A DNA stretch of 64,000 nucleotides from Macrostomum lignano (taxonomy: Eukaryota), in the NCBI GenBank assembly GCA_002269645.1, contig NIVC01002236.1, forward strand, positions 1-64,000. Direction: 5' to 3'. Below, piece by piece: positions 12,238 to 24,413 of the stretch. The position numbers and the translations under genes are program-made. Under the pieces are notes generated by a model. It saw nothing but the letters and a program-made list of their open reading frames with translations. It searched no databases and was not told the origin of the DNA. How positions within the stretch are numbered: the stretch's first letter is position 1; the number at the start of each line of letters is the position of its first letter.

Positions 12238-12681
12238 CATAGGCCTAGGAACATTTCAAAAAGTGGGGGGCCAGATAGGCCCTAACCCAGGTTCAGTGGC
12301 GGATTTGAGGGGGGGGGGCGCACACGGTGCATGCCCCCTGTCGAGTTAGATTTAGATTTTTCTATTTTTATATGGAAAAAGCAAATTATCATGTGCCAAT
12401 TATTTTTAGAATTGGTATTGTCAGCACTCATTTTAGCACTACAGCCACAGGCACTCATTTTAGCACTGCAGGCACTCATTTTAGCACCACAGATGCTATG
12501 TTTTGTTGCTATGTAGCAAAATACATTCATGCAAAGCAGCAAAATAGTAAAAGAAAAGATCAGCAAAAAGTCTACATTCTACATTTAAAATGTGGAATGG
12601 CCAAATACCATTATGGGCCCCCCACTTTAAAAAGTAAAGAGGGGGGCATGGCCCCACTGTCCCCTCATTCTTACACCTATA
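12238..12681. mobile_element. MITE-like composite element with imperfect inverted ends and internal GGCACTCATTTTAGCAC repeats
   Basis: AAAAGTGGGGGGCC near the left end versus GGCCCCCCACTTT near the right end; CATAGGCCTAGGAAC versus TCTTACACCTAT termini. No TSD confirmed. Confidence 0.45.
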
Positions 12682-14092
12682 GGCCTATAATATTGATTTG
12701 CTGGCTATCTTGTAGTTTTGCATGTTAAATTATTTTTTTTGAAAATAATATCTTTTAAGTAACTTTAAGCTTAGTAAGGGACAGAATAGATAATAAGGGA
12801 TAACACGGAGTAAGATAAACATAGAAGCAACTGTCTAGGCCTAATTTTGTTAGTCTGCAATTGAAATGGATTATAATGGATAATATTAATAATGTGATAC
12901 CCAGTAGAGGAAGTTCCCAAAAGTCTTGTTCGGGAAGAGGTGTTGCCAGAGGTACTCTTGTAGGTATGACTCAAATAGTCCATCGGATGTACCATGCATC
13001 TAGCAAAATTTGGCCTTCACGTGAGCCTATGATGGTGTTAGTATAGATGTAGCTTGGTAACAGGCAGGATTGTTGTTGGGGCAGCAGGTTGGCCAACCAG
13101 CCATGAATTGCACTCAAATGTCCCTGATTCTTTAAAAACTATAAGGTTAAAGATTGTTTATTGGTTATTTCTCTAACTATTTAATCTAAAAAAAGCATAG
13201 TGGCTTGCCATGGCTATATATATGGTAATTTAATTATTGAAGGTTATAGATACAAATGTTTTATATCAAACATACCAATATAGATATGATTATGTGAACA
13301 CATTTTTCATGTCTAATAATATTTGTTAATTAATAACAATATTTTTAATAATATTTAATATTCATTATTATAATATTATAATATTATTATTTATTATTAA
13401 ATAATTATTATTTAAAATTTAATATTTTTAATATTTTAAAAAGACTTTTAGAGCCCTTGATTTCATGGGTTAGAGCAACTTAGAAATTAATGAATTTTGC
13501 TAGTTTTTTTAAGCTTTTATAAGAGGAACTTTCAAGTCCCTAGGCTGGCAACAAGGACTTAATCAATAGAGATTTTGATAGCTACCACATATACATTGTT
13601 TGATTGGATAGTAGGGGCTAAAGTAAAGATAAATGTAGTTATAGCCATTTTTATGCAATAAATATGTTTTACTTTTTCTTGGGTTCTTGAAGATGTTCCT
13701 AGAAATAGAACCCACTGCTCCTGAAGTAGCTAGATAGTACCATTGTACTACCTATCAATTTGCCTGAAAATAAACCTAAAACGTTAGCCTTGACTTGGTA
13801 GGGTTGCTGCCACCTTGGTGTGCGGACTCGACGCATTGGCAGAGTTGTCTATCTGTCACCTAAAAAAAATAATGAAGTCGCTTGGAGCAAAGGCAAATCT
13901 GAAAAATGTCTTGACAGTTGATCGTCTTAGTAGAATGCTGCTCAAACCTGAAAACCTGAAAAACCTGAAATGAGAGAGGAGAGCTCGGAGAAGGCTTCAC
14001 AAGTCAGCCACGATGCTCCGCGAGACAACGCAGTCTGGAGAAAAATGGCTCCCAGATGCTTTGTATTTATAGCCAAGTGGACCCCCAAAAGT

Positions 14093-14597
14093 CACGTGAG
14101 TTTCATACGGTGAGCGTGTGAAACTTCCTCATTTGGTCACAAAAATCGTGCGAGCGACGCGTGATTCAAGGCCAACATCCAAATAAGGCAACCCTGTCAT
14201 GCAGCAGTGGCGTGACTCAAGGTCAGTGGCCACGCACAGTGTGCGTGCACAGTCACGTGCTTTTCTATGCTAAAAATAGAACATGGGCAGATGAGTCATC
14301 TTGTTTACTCCCTCTAGGCAGCCATTTGACTCCGCACAGGTGATGAGTCATTCTGCTACACCTCCTCAGCGCGAGTGGGAAGACATTAAGTGTGGCTGCC
14401 CGCGCCTGCTTTGGCGATGAGTCATCAGGCAGTAAACACTTAGGCCCAGCACAGGGTATCTCTCTCACTAGATCAGGTGGACTGAGCTACTGTGCAGCGG
14501 ATCACAGCACTCTTAGGGAAAGCTAGTGAATGCTTTTGAATAACCATCTAGCCTAGCAGCCAGTCACTACAAATGCAAAGATATTGTTAATGAGTCA
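14093..14597. promoter_or_regulatory. Cluster of 5 AP-1 motifs and 2 CACGTG E-boxes
   Basis: TGA(C/G)TCA at 14213, 14292, 14344, 14418 and 14591; CACGTG at 14093 and 14254. Non-repetitive context. Confidence 0.5.
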
Positions 14598-14669
14598 GGT
14601 TAAACTGTTGTTATAATTTTATAATAAAAATAATTATTATTAACTGGCAGCTCAGCTACAGCTATTTCA

Positions 14670-14870
14670 CAATGCATCTGAAGGCTGCGTAATACTGTTC
14701 AGTCCAAGGACTAGATACTAGCACAGCACCCATTTTACTAGCACCCATTTTACAGCTGTGTGAACTGAAGCTATGCAGAGTTGAGTGTCTTGCTCAAAGA
14801 CAAATTATTGCAGTGGGCTTGGGAATTGAAACCCCAACCTTTCAATTATTAGTCAGATGTCATTCTTTAC
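14670..14870 (-). mobile_element. tRNA-derived CORE-like SINE (family 1, copy 3)
   Basis: The reverse complement contains TTTGAGCAAGACACTCAACTCTGCATAGCTTCAGTTCACACAGCTGTAAAATGGG and the same 3' end as copies 1 and 2. Confidence 0.7.
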
Positions 14871-15617
14871 TTCCTAACTATATTATATATAGTGAATGCT
14901 AACAGAACTGTTGCCATTGGATTTAATATAATTCAAAGTTTTAAAGGAAATTTTAATTTGAGTACAGATGGATAGGAAAATTTTGGTTATAGAGCAACTC
15001 TAGATAAGCATAATCCTTGGATTCCAGATTCCAAAAGCTTGTAATCCCAGAATTTTGAATCCTAATAAATCTTGGAATCTGGGATTGAAATCCCTAGTCA
15101 ATTACGAGTAATATTGACATCTTGCAGTTTTTCTTACCTCTGGTGTTACTCTTTTGGTTTTTCACCAGTTTTTATTAGTTCACTGGCTGATATTGCTACT
15201 TAAAGCAGTAGAAGCTGATGCAAAAATTTGTATGGCACTCGCTTAGGTAATGTTTTATAGCATTATTCTATGCCATTAAAAATTCTCCACGTCTGTTCCT
15301 TCTGCTTGATGGTAATTTTTCCTTGGCAGTGATTGCCAACCCTGTTGTCAGTTGCTGAATAATTAATGTTGTTCTTGTCCAGTTAGATCTTTGATGTCAT
15401 GGAAACATGTCATTAAAAATTCATTCCTAATCCTCATACCTACTCTAGTTTTTTATTAGTGTCTGGTTGGTCTCTATCTCTTCCACCGGACACTATATTT
15501 TTGAGCGAGCATTCTTAGTAGCATCCTGACCTCTGAGCCACCTTCGATCAGAGCAGGCAGAGAAAATTCGGCAAAACTCAGATTTTAGTTGACAGGATTG
15601 CCAAATTGTTAAACAAA

Positions 15618-16967
15618 ATGGCTCAGACTAAGCCTTCATCAACAACTGAGAAGCCACAGCCGCCTCAATACTTTGGCCCGCGCATTTATCACGAAGTGCC
15701 TGACTGCAGAGAGGGTGAGTTGCCTGGTCTAGTTAGGTTTCTGCTAAAAGCATCTTAGTAAAGATTAAGATCGACAACCCCATTGAGTCAAAACGTTTAT
15801 CTACCAGATGAATTTATACAGTCTTTCTAACAAGCTAGATGAACTTTATGCTCATAAAGTGGAGCCCGAGTAACCTATGTACACAAAAGAAACGCCATTC
15901 TGCTCATAGTGACACCAGGAAGCTGGGTTTGGCAAAAAAGCGACTAAAATTGGACTTGAGAACGGGGAGAACAAGCCAAGGGATAATTAGGGACTCCACC
16001 TTATGAGCTTTAGTTGACACGCCTTTCACATCCTAGACTACTTAATATAACGAGAAGACCATGCAGTAGTAGCGTTGTAAAATTTCTTATGAAGCCTCCC
16101 ACAAAAAACGACTTTGAAATGCAAGCTCTTTATCATAGTAGCCTCGTTTTTATTGTGATATTTGCTTAATAGACTTCGGTAGTATTGCTTTCAACTGCAC
16201 TTACTCAACATCCAACAGTTGCGAGCAACGCTGACCCGCTCTCCAGCTGGCTTGGCCGGCAGCCGCGCTGCTGCCGCTGCCCCTCCTTCTGCTCCACTCC
16301 GGCTCGGCTGTTTCTGAGCCTGACTGGCATAGCCGTCTCCTTAGCTCTAATTGCCGCCATTCTTCTAATTGTTGGCGGCAGGTTCTCGCTGTCGGCTAGT
16401 TCTATTGCTGGCTTAGTAACCATGGCAACTGGCGCTTTAGTTGCTTGTCTAGCTGTCTGTCTCTGGCTAAGCCTGCTCTGCCGCTGCCGGTGCACCTGTC
16501 GAAGGCGTTCATTAATCGGCGCTAGCACGGCTGGCAGCTGCGGAAGTGTCCGTCAGAATGATCGAGATGCCATCCTCACTGACGAAGCTGGCGAGCCGCA
16601 GTTGTCCGACTGTGCACCCGGGCTTCAGCAACAGCATAAGCGGCCGAATTGCAGATTTCAACCGCCTCGTCTTGAACCAGTGTACCAGCATCAGCAAGAG
16701 ACTGTTAATAACGGCGCTGTTGTTGCTGTTAAACCCTTCTCTGCAGAGCCCGGCTCTGCATCGGAATCATCAGGCTCGCTCTCGAGCTCATCGAAGTCTT
16801 ATTCCTGCACTTCTTCGTCTCCTTATTCGTCGTCAGCTTCAACTGAGACTTCTTCCTCTTCTGGCTCGAGCAGCTGTTCGAGTTGTTCGTCTTCTGGAGC
16901 GTCTTCAGAGGTCGATAGAAGCAGCAAAGACAATAGCGGAAATCTTCGCACGGTTGTGAAGTCGTAA
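15618..16967 (+). CDS. Uncharacterised two-TM membrane protein, 281 aa, exons 15618-15714 and 16219-16967
   Basis: ATG in AAAATG context, G|gtgagt donor and caacag|TT acceptor in phase 1. Two hydrophobic helices flanked by Cys clusters, and a long Ser-rich tail. Confidence 0.75.
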
Positions 16968-17909
16968 CTGCTCCCGCTGCTGCAGCCTGCTTGACGATTT
17001 TGATTTACCATGCTGTTTTTCTGTCCGTTTATATTCTCTAATAAGCCACGATTTAAGTATTGATTTTAATTTTGAGCACGCTGAGCACCTGCGCAAGTCA
17101 ATGTTGTTTAAAATAAAAGTTGAACATTTATCACCAGACTACGGATATGATAACTAACTTTCTTGAATACAGTAAATGCCATATCTGTGTCTAGTAAACT
17201 ACGTTAATTAAAATATATCGTTTTACGAGCGACTACAACCAGCGCTGAAGAAATTCTGCCTATTCCGCAGGCGCGCAGGCACGCAATCATACACACGCTC
17301 ACACAGTGTGTTCAGCGCCCAGACTGGAGCTTCTGGTAAAAATTGCTCCGTAATTTTCAAATAAGGAGGCTGCATTGATCAAAGCTTCTTGCTAATTTTC
17401 TTGTTCTGTTTTCTTTCTCTGTTTGTGACTATTTTTTTCATTCTTTATATTATCTATTCTTCGAAAAGAGTGTATTTCTGCCGAGACTAGCGTCTTTAAA
17501 ACCTTATTCTTGAATGTAGAATTTAACTTAAGAGCAGATCCTTGATCATTATGTCCTGGGAAGTAGGTATTAGTTGAATTTATAATTGATTTTATTAAAC
17601 AAAACTGGCTTCCTTGTAAGGAATATCGCTTGTCCGCCTTGTAAGCGTCAAAATGCTACTAATGAAAATTCGGATACTTTTTATTGATACGTGCTTTTTG
17701 TTTTTCAATAGTTTGCTTAAGTTGAATAGAAAGGGTCATAATTTAACTGTAGGTTCGTGCTTTTTCGTTAGTATTATTGATGGAAGACCTTTGCAAAAGT
17801 AGGTCCTAATAAGTGCTAACATGTTAACTGAAAGGGAAACTTATCTTGTCACTACCGCTTAACATTCGTCACTTAAATCCTAATAACGAATGTTTAAATT
17901 GATTTGCAG

Positions 17910-20096
17910 TCTCGTCTAATCTTCCGGGCATTGTTTAGTCCTCTTGGCGCCTTTGTGGTGCCCTCTGTTGGCAAGACTTGGACCGCGTCGGCAGCCTCTG
18001 CGCCGTTGCTGCTGAGCCGCCGGCTAGCGGGCCACTCCCGCTGGCAGAATGTCCGCGGCGACAAAGAGGCCGGAATGGCCCAGAAACGGACTTTGATGTC
18101 TCTGTACACAAGAATGCTGCGCCAAGCGGTTATTAACGGAAATGGCAGTACAAATGTTCAGACTAATGTTCACCTGAAAGCAGTGTTTGACAAAGCCAAA
18201 TCGGATAATGTGCCGCTGAAAACTTTGGAGCGAATGCTGGCGGCAAAGTCGGTTGAAGCGGCTGAGTCCTATGCTGTTGAGGTTCGGGGCCGCGGTGGCA
18301 TCTGCCTCTTGGTGGTGTCTAATAGTCCGCACCGAACTAAGTGCAAGCATGAGGTTAGCCCGTCTGTTTGATCAGCTATGGACGTCATAATTAAAGATCA
18401 GGCCGTTCTCTCTGTCTCTCTCTCTCTAATTGATATTTCTGGCTTTTAACTTTTGCCAGCATTCGAAAAAGGAGATTATCAGTCTCACTCTTTGATTCTT
18501 TACTCTAATTAAAGACAGATTAAAGGCAAATACTTCTCGGTGCTAGCTTGTAATAAGAGTTTCCATGTAGATATTTCTTTACGATATTCCTGTGCTCTCA
18601 AGGGATATCGGCATGCCGCAGATCAAAGGCAGTCCTTAGATATTAGAGTGCCAATGTGCCTTGGGATTCGCAACCTTGGCTGAGATTGTATTTGAAATCT
18701 AAATCGCTCCTTAAAGCCTCCCATTGCTGTCTTGAGATTTCTATCAGAATCTCAAACAATCGTCAATCTAAAAGAAGATCCTTGACGTTTTAAAGGCTGA
18801 ACTGCCTAAGAAAATTATTTTTTTCTGATCTAGAATGGAGGGTCGAAGGCACGTGTTAAATGATCTTATAGCTTTTTTATGGCTCTATAGCTTTGGATAT
18901 TAAAATTAACATAGAATGCTAATTTTCAAAACAAATAAAAGCTTTATGAATATCAATCGAGCGATACGAAATGCTTGTTTCGGGCTCCGTTTCGACTCTC
19001 AAGTTCACATCCTCTTTTCATGAGTACAGGCCTGATACAGTGGTAACTTGACTCAATTTTCTGCTTAAATTTTTCTCAAACTGGCACCTCATGGAGTTAT
19101 TATATTAAAAATGATATTGTGATTTTACAACTGTATTGTGCCTTTTAGAAGTTCAAAAGCGGAATATTGTCAATTTAGTACTTAGAACTCCGCATTTCTA
19201 GTGCAATTGTGCAGCCAAAACAACTTCCCATAACGATCACACGAACTGCGAGTTTAAGGGGTCTTCTGCTTTAGTTCTCCATTGTCTGAAACTGATCAGA
19301 TGGTGCCGGGAAGTCAAGTTGAAACGGTAGGAAAAAGAGAGAGAGCGTATGCCAACTGGACAACAGCTTCATTATATTTATATTTATCAGTTGGGCAACA
19401 CGAATAATTAATTGAAATGCCAATGTACGGAACGCTAGGGACTGGTGTGAGGTGGCGTGATCAGCATACGCGGGTTAGAGAAAACTGGAGGGTTGGGGTT
19501 GGCTAGAAGGGTTGGGGTAATGTACGAGAGAAAAGGGTACGATTGCAAAACACCGATCAGATCTCCCACCCTCTGGAACTTTATTGACTTTTGCAGCCTT
19601 GGTGCTGGAAAATGTAATTAAAAATGCTTCGAACTATTTGTTAATTTCACCCCAGGTGGCCAGCCAGGTGAAACGAATCGGCCTGGAGGTAGCCGGCATT
19701 GATTCGTCCATCAGTAAGAACTTCTATGAAAAGAAAGGCTGCGTAGAGGTGGCCCACGATCCGGAGCGGCTGCCCAATCTGGACCGGGCCACTGAACTCG
19801 CGCTGGAATTCGACTGCACCGATGTGCGCTTTGAATCTGCTGGCGACAGCGTTGAAGGTGGCAGCGGCGCCTTCGTGTTCGACTGCGCCCCGGTCGCCAT
19901 CAACTCGGTCGCTGACGGGCTTCGCTCTGCCGGCTTGTCCGTCTTGGACGCGTCAGTGCGTTACGAGCCGTTCGAACGGGTGGAAATTGACGAGCAAACA
20001 ATGAAGCTTTTGAACGAATTGGCTGACCGACTGCGCGACTCTGTTGGTGGCTTTGTTGAATTGTTTGACAATGTGGCCCCGGTTGGCGCCACCTGA
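17910..20096 (+). CDS. TACO1: Translational activator of cytochrome c oxidase 1 (YebC/PmpR family), exons 17910-18353 and 19656-20096; start codon unresolved
   Basis: AGHSRWQNV motif (family AGHSKW) after an Arg/Ser/Leu-rich presequence; YEKKGCVEV; phase-0 intron GAG|gttagc...cccag|GTG. The 294 codons match the expected family length. Confidence 0.85.
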
Positions 20097-20139
20097 GATC
20101 CGCTGCGTGAATAGTTGGAATGACCTGGTGAATCGAAGG

Positions 20140-20433
20140 AGCTTGTGAATGGAGTGAGCTTGTGAACGGAGTGAGCTTATGAACGGAGTGAGCTTGTAAA
20201 TGGAGTGAGCTTGTGAATGGAGTGAGCTTGTAAATGGAGTGAGCTTGTGAATGGAGTGAGCTTGTAAATGGAGTGAGCTTGTGAACGGAGTGAGCTTGTG
20301 AACGGAGTGAGCTTGTGAACGGAGTGAGCTTGTGAACGGAGTGAGCTTGTGAACGGAGTGAGCTTGTGAACGGAGTGAGCTTGTGAACGGAGTGAGCTTG
20401 TGAACGGAGTGAGCTTGTGAATGGAGTGAGCTT
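20140..20433. repeat. 17-bp minisatellite (GTGAACGGAGTGAGCTT), about 17 units, just 3' of the TACO1 stop
   Basis: Direct inspection of the period. Confidence 0.95.
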
Positions 20434-21872
20434 ACAATGTAGAGTGGGTTGAGTTTTAGACCACAAAAAGATTAGTCGTATTGGTTTTATAGTATTTTAA
20501 AGTGTCCAGGCAAGCCTTGTTATCGAACTAGAGTTTCAACATCCTAATGTGTGCTTTGCATATCAATATTGGCGTTCTTGTCTCAACTGTCGATGACTTG
20601 CATTGAAGTCCGCATGCTGTCGGGCCTAACTGATTTATAAATTTCAAAAGTTTTTATGTTAGACCTATTGTGTGAATTATATTTTTGTCATAATTAAAAT
20701 AAAACTTTGCAATTAAAGTTTCTTAGAATTTTTGTTTTGCCATAACATTTTTAGCCTCGAAAAGAGCAGCCTCGTGTTTTAACCTTTCTTTAAAGCAATA
20801 TACTGTCTATTTTCTATTCTGGAGTAGTTAAATGTTTTAGACTTAATTCAATAGTATTTAAGGCCCCTCCCTATAAAGATATTTCGTTAGCTAATATCTT
20901 TATTTCGTTGAAGCTTTTATGTATTTAGAGTTCGTGAACTATCATTGCCGTGTGAAATTCCTGAAACTCCTTAAAGCAGTGTGTATATCAGGTGTAATAA
21001 TAAAGTAGCCACTTTAGCTTCGCAATAATGAATTAATATTGTGTGCTTAGTTTATATTTAGTAAAATGAATATTTATTGAAAAAAACCAGGTTACTAAAA
21101 TGTTACAATAGCCAAAAAAATTACTTACATGTACTAATAGAAAATATGCTGCCACGCACAACACTAATTAGAAAAAGTGCTGGTTCTTCGAAGGTGATTT
21201 CGTTAAGACTGCATATCAAGCGTAATTTTCAAGGGAAAAAATAACATGAATTATGAAGCTCTTGACCGGCAATGATAGCTCAGCTTTAAACACGATTCTG
21301 CAGCTGCAGCTGCAGCGATCAGCCATGCAAACTTCCTTAGCAGATTTATCAGACTTCATTTCTCTACACTATAATTTGACTTGTATGCTTTCATTTAAAA
21401 AAATTGAAAAATCTTATGAGAGCTCACGACACAACGAACAAAACAAAAGAAAAAATTAAGTACAAAAAGTTTCGTGCCGTTACAATAATTAATTCCACTA
21501 TAATTTAAAAAGCAAATGAGGAGGAAAAAATAACTATTAATTCCGGTTGTATGGAAATGTCGGTAAAAAGACTGCTGAAAACGTCAGTGCCGTGTGGAAT
21601 ATGACAGTTTAAATTTGACAAATGAAGATACGTTTTCGTGTCTGTGCATCATTCGATCCTCGATAACAAAGTGTCATTTTTGATTAGACATTTAATTGCT
21701 CTTAAATGTAATCCGATTAATAAAGATTTCTGTCTGCTAAATCAGATTTAATCAAGGAAAAAATCGTCTTGACATCCATTGCTATATATATCACATTCTG
21801 CCAGTTAGTGGCATCCGTCACGATTCTTTAAAGATGATTAGATTTAAAACTGTCAGAGAAAAAAGCCAAAAT

Positions 21873-23271
21873 CTACAGGTCTTTGCTGCGCGCTTCGTTG
21901 CCATCCTCCATGCCCCCTGGGTTGTTCGTAGCAGTCGTCTTACTAGGGAGATTGTTCATATCGACGCTGCGGTTTGTGCCCTTCTGGCTGACGAAGGTGC
22001 TGGCTCCGATGCTGCCCTGCAGTTTGCACCAGCTGCCACAGATGAGGCGCAGCAGCCTGCCGCAGGCAATGCGGTAGCCGGAGCGGAACTCCTTGTTGCT
22101 GAGCCCGTAGACGAAAAAGTTGACGCTCGAGTTGGAGTGGGCAAATAAGATCGCATAAGCGTGCACGTGAATCGGGAAGCTGTCGTCCCAGTCCAGAGCC
22201 ACGAAAGCCGCGTACGGAGCCCAACAGAGAGCGAACACGGCGAACACGATGAACAGAGTGCGGGCCAGGCGGATCGAGTCTAGGCTGCCACCAGGTCGGT
22301 CGTTTCCGCTGTTCGGAGCTCCGCCCTGCGCATCTCTGGCATTTCCCAGCTGCAGATGGCGCACCCGAGCCATCGCCTGCCTGACGTGCACGAAGATGCG
22401 AAAGTAGCAGATGAGGATCACAATGCTGGGCGCAACTACAGCGCAGCACGAGAAGAAGATCGTGTAGGACCTGTCAGCCATGCGGTTCCACACGCAGGCA
22501 AAGTTCTTCCTGTCGTAGGCAAAGTCGCCCCAGCCCACAAAGTTGGGAAACTGCAGCAGCCAGCTCACAATCCACAGGCCGACGCAGAGCGCTACGCAGC
22601 TGCGCCGGTTGAAGAATCTGTTGTAGCTGGCGTTGTTGCAGATAAAGACGCAGCGGTTGACGGCTACAGCGGTAATGCTGAGCAGCGAGCAGTAGCAGGA
22701 GGTGAGGCAGGTCGACGCCACGAACTCGCACAGAGCAACTCGCTGCTCGAAGTAGATCTCGCCGTGCATTACGCCTGGAATTGCGTTTTTGATTTGGATA
22801 GTCTGTGTAGTTGAAGTCAACGTCTGTGAAGGCAGTCAGTGCAGTGACTTACCAGTGATGGCGAATGGGTCAACGAATATCGTAATGCACAGATCGGCGA
22901 TGGCCAAGTTCACGACGAACAAATTTCCCACGTGTCGCAGAGTCTGAAAATGCATACAAATAATTGTTCATTTTTACACTCGACTTGAGTACGTGTGCTG
23001 CCCATTTGCTTGCTCACCTTTTGGAGGAACACGGCGCAGATAACCAGGATATTGCCGATGGTCCCCACCGTTGAACCGAATGTCAGAAGGAACAAACCAG
23101 GAAATGTAATCTCTGTGGTATTGGGTTCGAATGCAAGCTTCTTTCTAGACACAAGCAATTGCACGGTTTTTAGTCTGGCTTGTTTTTTGTAAAATATATC
23201 TTACCTGGCACGACGTACAGAAGACTCTGCAGCGTGTAGTTAAACTGTGGCGATATCCCAACGATATCCAT
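21873..23271 (-). CDS. Melatonin-receptor-like class A GPCR, paralogue A; exons 23271-23205, 23112-23018, 22943-22853, 22774-21873; 384 aa
   Basis: Intact 1155-nt spliced frame. GNILVI, NLFVVNLAIADL, AVNRC (the NRY of melatonin receptors), YDRKNFACVW, CWAP, NSSVNFFVYG. Confidence 0.88.
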
Positions 23272-23929
23272 TTTTACGGTGAAATGCTGCTTGTTGCTGA
23301 AAAAAATAGCTCAAATTTTTTAAAATGCCTGTCATGAGTCTATGGACATCGAAAATTTAAATCACAGTTTTTTATTTCAGTCCCAATTTATATTATTTTC
23401 AAAAATGGGCCAGCTTTAGGATCTGAAAGAATTTGAACTGGCAACGTTTCCCGGGCCAATCATGAGCGAGGAAGCTTTTCCTTTTAAAAGTAAAATTTCA
23501 TTATATTTTTATCCCAAAATTTCTCTTACCTCTCACTTTCCTCTCTAGTTTCGTACATGGATCAAGTAACTTCTTTTAAGGGGGAGGGTGACAGAGCAGC
23601 TCAATGGTGACCACTGTCTGACTCTCACGCCACGACCCACCTGGTCATATTCGCACAGAATTTGTACATGCCAGGCGCGATGTACACCCTGTCTAAGCTT
23701 TTGTATGAGTGTGTTCTTGCGTGCAGTATTGTCGCGCTTGTGTGTGCGCAAGTCGAATGGGCAGAATTGCCTCAGCACTGTTCTGGGTCGAATTCGTCGA
23801 AGGCGGTCGCTCCAGTGTTTCCCGCAACACTTCTGAGAACTTTTTTTTACTTCTAGTCCATTTTTGCGATTTGGAATATTCTAGTTCGTTCATCACCATC
23901 TCGATGCTGGCATTTTATTAATGGTAAAG

Positions 23930-24413
23930 TCGGGAATCCGAACAGTAGACAGAATAAGGAAGAACAGAAAGAGCTGATGACAGATTGCACCCATATCTCC
24001 ATTCCTTTCTATGGACCTGCTTCTGTTCATTTTTAAAAGAACCTTATCAGAGCGTTTAATAAGTATTTAAATTTGAAACTCATGGTCACTTTCCGGTGCG
24101 AGAAAATCGGTCAATTATTTAAGAATTTAAAATGCCGCGTTCCCAGCTCCTTACGGGCAGGTGTCATTTACCAATTTCAATGCTTTGGCGACCATGAGTA
24201 TCACCTACATAGGTGAAACTACCCGACACCTGTAATGTGAGAAGTAGAGAACATAGGCAAAAGATGTCGACTGTGCACGACCACCTGGTGATATGCAAAG
24301 AATGCTATGCTCTAATGAGTACAGACTAAAAGTGCTTGAGGCCCTGTACATAAAATCACGTAAACCAATTCTAAATAAGCAACTTGCCAATCTTTGGTGC
24401 CAGTGCCCTCCTT
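23930..24413 (+). mobile_element. Degraded Penelope-like element fragment (RT C-terminus and GIY-YIG endonuclease)
   Basis: Translates with stops and shifts to ..SIPFYGP..VIYQFQC..TYIGETTRHL..RLKVLEALYIKSRKPILNKQ, typical of PLE GIY-YIG domains. Confidence 0.75.
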
